From positions 96,001-160,000 of the forward strand of contig CAWIIV010000017.1 in NCBI GenBank assembly GCA_963836205.1: a DNA stretch of 64,000 nucleotides, in the 5' to 3' direction. Below are positions 57,909 through 64,000 of this stretch, in pieces; the first letter of the stretch is position 1; each line of letters begins with the position of its first letter. Both the position numbers and the translations under genes were made by a program. Source of the stretch: an uncultured Acidimicrobiia bacterium. GTDB taxonomy: Bacteria > Actinomycetota > Acidimicrobiia > Acidimicrobiales > AC-14. The notes under the pieces were generated by a model that did no database searches, was not told the origin of the DNA, and was given only the letters and a program-made list of their open reading frames with translations.

Positions 57909-57958
57909 GCCCCGAAGCGTACGTGCGGGTCGGGCTGTCCGGCCGCGACGATGGTGCG

Positions 57959-58150
57959 GTGAAGCGTTCGACGACGATCAGGCATCTCGTCGAGATGGCC
58001 GAGGTGGCGACGGAGCGGATGCGCCTCCGCGAGACCGACATCGGAGGGCCGGTCGAGGAGAGGTGGGTGACGGGTGAGCTGCTGGGCTTCGCGGAAACGC
58101 TCGAAGCGGGAGCGGTCGTGCTCGTTCCGTCACCGCCGTGGCTGCCCGCC
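57959..58150 (+). pseudogene. N-terminal remnant of a conserved actinobacterial hypothetical gene
   Basis: MKRSTTIRHLVEMAE...PVEERWVTGELL; degenerates afterwards. Confidence 0.4.
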
Positions 58151-58357
58151 ACAGATAATCCTCGGGCGATTACCACCAAGGTGTCCGTCAAAGCATCGAG
58201 TGGCTCGGTTCCTCTACCGATCGTGCTACCGGGCGGTGATCGGTCCATCTCGTTGCCCGACACCCGGACTCTTCACCGAGGTGGACGGAGCGCGCCCGCC
58301 AGAGGACCCCGTCGTCGCGATCGTTCGCGGCAATCGCGGCCGCTGACCGTAGAGACG

Positions 58358-58999
58358 CTACGGATCGTTCCGGATGGGCGCCTTGGGTGGTAGCCAAAAC
58401 GACACCTCCGCGCCTGCGGCGCGTAGGTACGCGAGGACCTCGTCCTGGTTCGCGTTGTGGAGTCCGTCGGGCGTCTCGATGGAGGCCGGGCCAGGCAGGA
58501 TCGTCCCGGACGCTCCGGCGGCGTCGAGCTCCCCGAACGTCGCGTCGTGGAAGGAGGTGCGGTCGAAGCGTGCGCCCTGGAAGGAGCAGCCGCGGAGGTC
58601 GGCTAGGTGGAACGAAGTCTTCGTCAAGGTCGTCCGATCGAATCGGGCGCCACGAAGATCGGCCTCAAAAAAGCCTGTTCGCATGAGGTTGGCGTCGGTG
58701 AAGTTTGCCTTGCGAGCGATGACGGCGGCGAAATCGGCTTTCACGATCTGAGCGCCGTTGAAGTCAGCGCCGACGCACGATGAGCCGCCGGCGAAGACGG
58801 CGTAAAGGTCTGCGTTGGCCAGATTCGCGCCGTCGAGCCGGACCTCGGATAGGACGACGCCGGCGAGGTCGGCCTCGGAAAGGTCCATGCCACGGAGGTC
58901 TTCACCCTTGAGCACGAGTTCTTGCCCACCGCCTTCAAGGTGGAACCGCCGGTTGTGGGCGGCGAGGAGGGCCTCGAGATCGGCGCGGTTCTTACCCAT
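58358..58999 (-). CDS. Pentapeptide-repeat protein, candidate immunity protein
   Basis: A(D/N)L/Fxx repeats; starts 3 bp after the toxin-domain stop. Confidence 0.9.
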   Translation of the reverse strand: MGKNRADLEALLAAHNRRFHLEGGGQELVLKGEDLRGMDLSEADLAGVVLSEVRLDGANLANADLYAVFAGGSSCVGADFNGAQIVKADFAAVIARKANFTDANLMRTGFFEADLRGARFDRTTLTKTSFHLADLRGCSFQGARFDRTSFHDATFGELDAAGASGTILPGPASIETPDGLHNANQDEVLAYLRAAGAEVSFWLPPKAPIRNDP

Positions 59000-59002
59000 T
59001 GC

Positions 59003-60947
59003 TCACGGCCACCATATGACCTTCCCGGCGAGCGCGGGATCCCCGGTGATCGCCGACCGCAGTTCGGCGACGTGACCGGGAGTCATCTTCGTGGTGTCGA
59101 GGATCACGTTCTCGTCCGACGAAACCGACTTCTGGATGTTGGTCATTGCGTCCACTCGGCTGTAGCCGTTCGGGTAGCCCGAATGAAAGCCCTTGACGTC
59201 CCACGCCTGGCCGGACTGATCGATGAACTCGGCCCCGCCGGTCGGGTCCCGGCGCAGCCGTGACAGCCGGCCCGAGTCCTCCAGGGAGCGGCCGACCCGG
59301 GCCTCTTGGAGCGTCTTCAGGTCGATATTCCCGCCATGGGCCGGATCCCGTGCCAGCTCGGCGAGGTGGGGATCTTCGGCGAGGTCCTTCCTGTCCGCGT
59401 CGGACAGGTCGTCGCGGCCTGGTCGGCCGCCGGATGGTGGATGCTGCGCTCCGGTTGCCGCCATGACCAAGATGCCCGTGCCGGCGAGGAGGGATGTGAC
59501 CGCGGCCGCGCCGGTCCCCCGCGGTCGTCCCGCCGACGACGATGACCCCGCCTTCGGTCACAACGAGGCCGCCTGCGACGGCTGCCACCTCGGGGAGCAG
59601 GAGCAGCGCGCCCAGGACGAGAAGTGCGAGGCCGGCGCCGACTACAAGCCCATGACCGCCGGGGCCCATGCCGTCCCACCAGTCCCCGAGGGCGTCGAGC
59701 AGGCCTGCGAACCAGGCTCGCCGCGATGAACGCAGTGTCGGGCCGATGTCGACGGCCAGCGACCGGGCCACCAGCGCGCTGAGCCCCACGCCCAGGGTGG
59801 CGGCCACACCCGCGAAGGCGCGCGTCGAGAGCCAGGGCCGGGCCGGCGAGAACGGCGCGGCCGAGAACTCGCGGCCGCGTCGCTGGGCGGCCCAGACGGC
59901 AAGCCCGTTGGCGACCCGGACCCGCGCCGGGCCGGGACCGGCCTGGTACGCGCCGTTGGCGGCGGCCCACGAGCTGCCGAGCTGGTGGAGCGGCGCGGCA
60001 AGACCTGATCGGCCCGTCTGGGCTCGGGCGTCGGAAATCACCGCAACGGCGAGCAGTCCGACAAGCAGCCACCCGCGGTTGAACCCATGACCCGTCCACG
60101 ACCAGAGGGTGTGCAGGTACACCGGCACGGTGGACCGTCCCGACGTGAATGCGGCTTCGTCGGCGACGGTCGCGTTGAGGCCGGCGTGGTCGGCGACCAC
60201 GACCAGCCAGAGCGCGGGCGGCGCGGCCCAGAGCCAGCGCCGGCCCGTGTGGCCGCCGAGGCGAACGGCCAGGCCGATGGCCGCGGCCACCAGCGCCGTC
60301 TCGATGTGGTGGCCGGCGTAGCTGGCCGTATGGCCGGAATCGAACCGGCCGCCGAACAGCGTCCAGCCGTAGCGCCAGTCGTCTCGCTCGAGGAAGAGCG
60401 AGAAGATGCCGGGACGCAGGGCAACGCTGCGAACCATGTCCTCGGCAGCCTGGAACCCCATCCCCGAGGCGAGCCCCAGCAACGCCCAGTCTGTGGCGGC
60501 GAGCCGCCTCGCCCGACCGGGCGCCAAGAACGCGATGACGGCGAGAGGAACGAGCTTGAGGCTCTCCTCCATTACCGCTGCTATCGCGACCGACGGACCG
60601 GCCGAGCCGACCGGCAGCCCGAGGTCCCCCGCCATTCGCTGGCACAGGAACGCGATCGCGAACGCCCACAGCGCCGTCAGCGAGAACAGTCGGAAGATCG
60701 AGGACCACCGCAGCGTCTTCGTCGGTGCGAGCAGCAGCCAGCCGAGGAGCATGAGCGAGCACGCCAGCCACACGTCGACCCCTCGGTCGAGCCTGTCGAC
60801 GACCGCTCGGGCGACCAACACGACCACGATGGCGGCAACGTTTACGATCAGCAGCCGTTTGGCGCGAGCCGGGCTGGCGCCCAACCAGGCGAGCCAGCGC
60901 GCCTGCACCCGCTCCCACCATTCACCTGCTACGCCCACCACCGCCAC
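59003..60947 (-). CDS. PrsW intramembrane metalloprotease fused to a C-terminal nuclease-like toxin domain; +1 frameshift in G5 run at 59516-59520
   Basis: EESLK, GFQAAED, H, HAGLN PrsW motifs; C-terminal ARDPAHGG, EARVG, AEFID..G..WDVK, ENVILD. Confidence 0.8.
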
Positions 60948-61019
60948 GCAGACACGGTATTTGGCCTCCGGCCCAGGCGCTGGCTACGCCGGGACGCGCT
61001 AGGGCCCCGAGCCCGGCGT

Positions 61020-61210
61020 ATGGGTCGAGCATCACGTTGGGGGACTACCTCTTCGGCCGGTGGCTGCCGGCACGGCGGGCGTCGCTCTCACCGACGATGT
61101 ACGCCCGCTACGTCACCTCCGGCGGAGCACTACCTGCTCCCCCATCTCGGGGCACGTCGAACTCAGCCGGCTTCACGCCGACCAGTTCGCCTCCCTGGAC
61201 CGGGGAGCAT
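61020..61210 (+). pseudogene. Fragment of a second integrase N-terminal domain
   Basis: GDYLFGRWLPARRASLSPTMYARY / HYLLPHLG / HVELSRL across frames. Confidence 0.7.
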
Positions 61211-61377
61211 TGTCAGGGATATCGACGATCGATACGAACATCAACTGTGACGCTACGGCCTGAGATGGAGTCCAACACGTGTTGAGCGGCACCGTTCGCT
61301 CGGCGGTGACGGCTCGCGACTGCCGGCGTGGCCCAGCTCTTCGGGTTGGCGCCATAGTGGTCGGCCAGGCTCTGACG

Positions 61378-62509
61378 ATGACCTACATCGTGCAGCGCCA
61401 GGACCGCTTCTACGTCGTCGCCTACGACGGCCTCGATCCCCTGACCGGCAGGGAGCGGAGGCGGTGGCACCCCGTCGGCCACGACCGCGGCGAAGCCGAC
61501 GCCCTGGCCGCCCGTCTCGATCGCGAGCGTACGAGCGCACCGCCCAAGGTCGGCGGCCCATCACTGTCAGCCAGTTCCTTCGAGAGACATGGCTTCCGCA
61601 GAAGCGCCGCCAAGTTCGGCCACCACCGCCTACCGCTACGCCTGGTTCGTCGACCGCTACATCATCCTGGCGATCGGCGACATCCCCCTGAGGCGGGTGC
61701 GGGTCGACCACCTGGACGCTCTCTACGCGGAGCTGGAGGCCAGCGGGGGTCGAAACGGTACCGGGCTCGCGCCCAAGACCGTCCTCGAGGTTCACATGAT
61801 CATCCGCGCCGCCCTCGACGCCGCCGGCCAGCGCCAGCTGGTCGAGCGCAATGTCGCCACTGCCGCACACGTCCGGCTGTCGCGTGCCAGCGGGAGGTCC
61901 GCCCAGGCCTGGACCGCACCGGAGTTGGCAACGTTCCTGACGGCTGCTCGTGCGCAGCGTCTGTACTCCGCACTTCACGTCGCCGCCCACACCGGGATGC
62001 GCCGCGGAGAAATCGTGGGTCTCAAGTGGTCCGATCTCGACGTCACCAACAAGCGGCTGTCCGTCCAGCGGACCCTTCAGTGCGTGGCGGGACGGCCGGT
62101 CGAATTCGGGGTCAAGACCCGAACCAGCCGGAGGTGCATCGACCTCGACACCGGGACGATCGGCGAACTCCGGCGGTGGCGCCAGCGGAACCAGGAGGAG
62201 GGGCTGCCAGCGGGCGATGCCGACTGGATGTTTCGCAGCACGGCTGGACGCTCTCTCAACCCCGAATCACTCAGCCAGCTGTTCGGTCGGGTCGTCGGGC
62301 GCACTGCGGTCCCGCGCATCAGATTCCATGATGTTCGCCATACGCATGCCTCGCTGCTCATCGCCGCCGGCGTCCCGGTCAAGGTCGTCAGCGAGCGCCT
62401 CGGCCACGCCCATCCCGGCTTCACCATGAACACTTACCAGCACCTCATGCCCGGGATGAGCGCCGCGGCCGCCGATCAGTTCGCCGCACTGGTCACCGCC
62501 AGCCGGTAG
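61378..62509 (+). CDS. Tyrosine recombinase/integrase; two frameshifts near 61560 and 61620
   Basis: YDGLDPLTGRERRRW; TGMRRGE, KT, FHDVRH, LGH, TYQH catalytic motifs. Confidence 0.93.
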
Positions 62510-62522
62510 ACGTCTACCGGCT
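62501..62522. repeat. Perfect 22-bp palindrome at the integrase stop, candidate arm-type site
   Basis: AGCCGGTAGACGTCTACCGGCT; half-site repeated at 62565-62578. Confidence 0.75.
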
Positions 62523-62607
62523 GGGCCGGCGCGAAACCGCAGGTCACAGACCCAGCGGGCTGAGAGCCGGTAGACGTCGCCGGTGACGCGCGTCGGGGGA
62601 AGCACAA

Positions 62608-62631
62608 GGGCCGATCCTCTCGGACCGGCCC
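62608..62631 (-). terminator. Hairpin downstream of the tRNA 3' end, also at 54553-54576
   Basis: GGGCCGATCCTCTCGGACCGGCCC followed by a short T-containing tract on the minus strand. Confidence 0.55.
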
Positions 62632-62658
62632 TGACCTGCGCTTTCGCATCTCTGCGGT

Positions 62659-62703
<45 letters not shown>

Positions 62704-63054
62704 GCGCCTCAGGCCCGTGTCGGCTCGTGTCACCATATGCCCCATAGTGGCATTGACCTGCGGTTTCGCGTGCTGTCTCGTGATGCTTGGTCCGTCGACT
62801 GACGCCCTCTGCCAGCCCATACGTTAGAAGAAGCGTTAGAGGCGTTCTGGGGTGCCGCAAGGTCGATTGGCTGGAGCGAACCATCCGCCGCTGCGCACAG
62901 AACCACTAGATGGCACGGTCCACCAGATCGTCAGCCACCTTTGAGCCGGTTGCCTCGAGTTAGCCTGAGACCAGGCTCCTTGTTCTCGGAGTGGATCTCG
63001 ACCAGCGACGAATCGAGGACGACTCCGCGGGGGCCCCGCCGGACGCCCCAGGCG

Positions 63055-63534
63055 CGGCCCGGGGCGCTGCGCTCGGGCATCACGGAGCGCGACAAGCGTC
63101 TCGTCGATCGAGTTCAGCACCCGCCAGATAGCCGCGTCCGACGCCACCGTGCCGAACAGCACGGGCTGGTCCCGCAGCGCGGCCATGTCCGAGACGCACA
63201 CCCCGCCTCAGGCCAGCATCACCGCCACCTGGGCCAGCGGCCGACCTCGGTCGTGCACCGACGCCTGCCACCGGGGACGGGCACGGCGTGCGACCAGGCC
63301 GAAGTAAGACCGAGGCGGTCGGCCAGTTCTCCGAGAAGATGCTTCCCTGCCAGCGACACCGCCGGTCATCCCTCCATCACCCTCAACCGCCTCACCACGC
63401 GGGTCGCGTTCACTTTGAACGTGCCCTCCCTGGGTGGGTTGCGGCTGCCTTCGAGAAGCGCAGTTTCCCCTGCTGGGAGGGCATTTTAGCGGACCGCGAC
63501 CGGTCAACCACCAGGTCGCCGTGAAGATCGGGGC
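63055..63534 (-). mobile_element. IS1380-family remnant (left end and 5' part of transposase)
   Basis: VSLAG..LL.ELADRLGLT, HDRGR.L...AVMLA, CVSD...LR.QP.LFG.VASD; in-frame stops; end-like CCCCGATCTTCAC. Confidence 0.85.
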
Positions 63535-64000
63535 TAGCGACGAGCGCCAAGTTGACGCCACAAGGCTCCGAAGCGTTTCATTCGGACCGAACCGACGGGA
63601 TCTCGCCCTGTGACCTCCTAGAGGACCGCTTGCCTCAGGCTCCTCGACAGCCGATGTAGCCAAGGGCGCTTGGAGATGCCTCACCGTCGGGTTCAGGCGT
63701 GTTCCGGGGAATCTCTGTTGACGCCGTGGACTGGCTGGCCCATGATGAACAACGAGGGCGTTGGGTTTCTACACACAAAGATCGGTAATCGGTGTGCGAT
63801 TGCGGCCTGCGGGTTCATTGATGAGCTGGCGGCCTAGGGTGAATAAATTGGACGAGCTAAAGTTGGGGCTGGACCTTCGAATCGCCCTGTCGACGGGCAT
63901 CTCGTCGCGCTTTAATGTGATTGTGCACCATGCGCCTGATGGAAGCGTCGACATACTTGGCTCCCTGCGCAAGATCTGTGACGTTAGGGTGAGTGTTTAT

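Overview
Very GC-rich actinobacterial DNA; Acidimicrobiia-like by gene content (inference). The left end is housekeeping-type: sugar ABC ATPase end, ParB-like protein, YnfA, Vgb-like propeller, pirin, nitrobindin, glgC-glgA, and TerC preceded by a membrane uORF ending in RGPP. A ~16 kb accessory block (about 10.1-26 kb) holds vapBC, two SARP/BTAD regulators and a compact exosortase plus glycosylation operon (RCC1-repeat surface protein with a VP-TM-RRR tail, a hidden 59-aa LAxTG peptide, GT2, exosortase, GT-C/TPR fusion, wecB). A complete group II intron interrupts a sensor kinase, and precise splicing restores the frame. Next come a MacAB-like ABC cluster, a LexA-boxed DUF222/HNH gene, two ECF sigmas, VOC proteins, MocR and a DrrAB-type exporter with a SoxR/MerR-type promoter. 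A coupled four-gene operon (PemK-like, divergent sigma-like, zinc-anti-sigma multidomain protein, Rad50/SbcC-like ATPase without SbcD) is my best candidate for an undescribed system. The right end is a tandem array of integrative elements at tRNA-Met att sites, carrying higBA, a SWIM protein and a PrsW-fused polymorphic toxin with a pentapeptide-repeat partner. Many single-base frameshifts in short homopolymers may be sequencing errors. All family calls come from motif recognition by eye; no database was searched.
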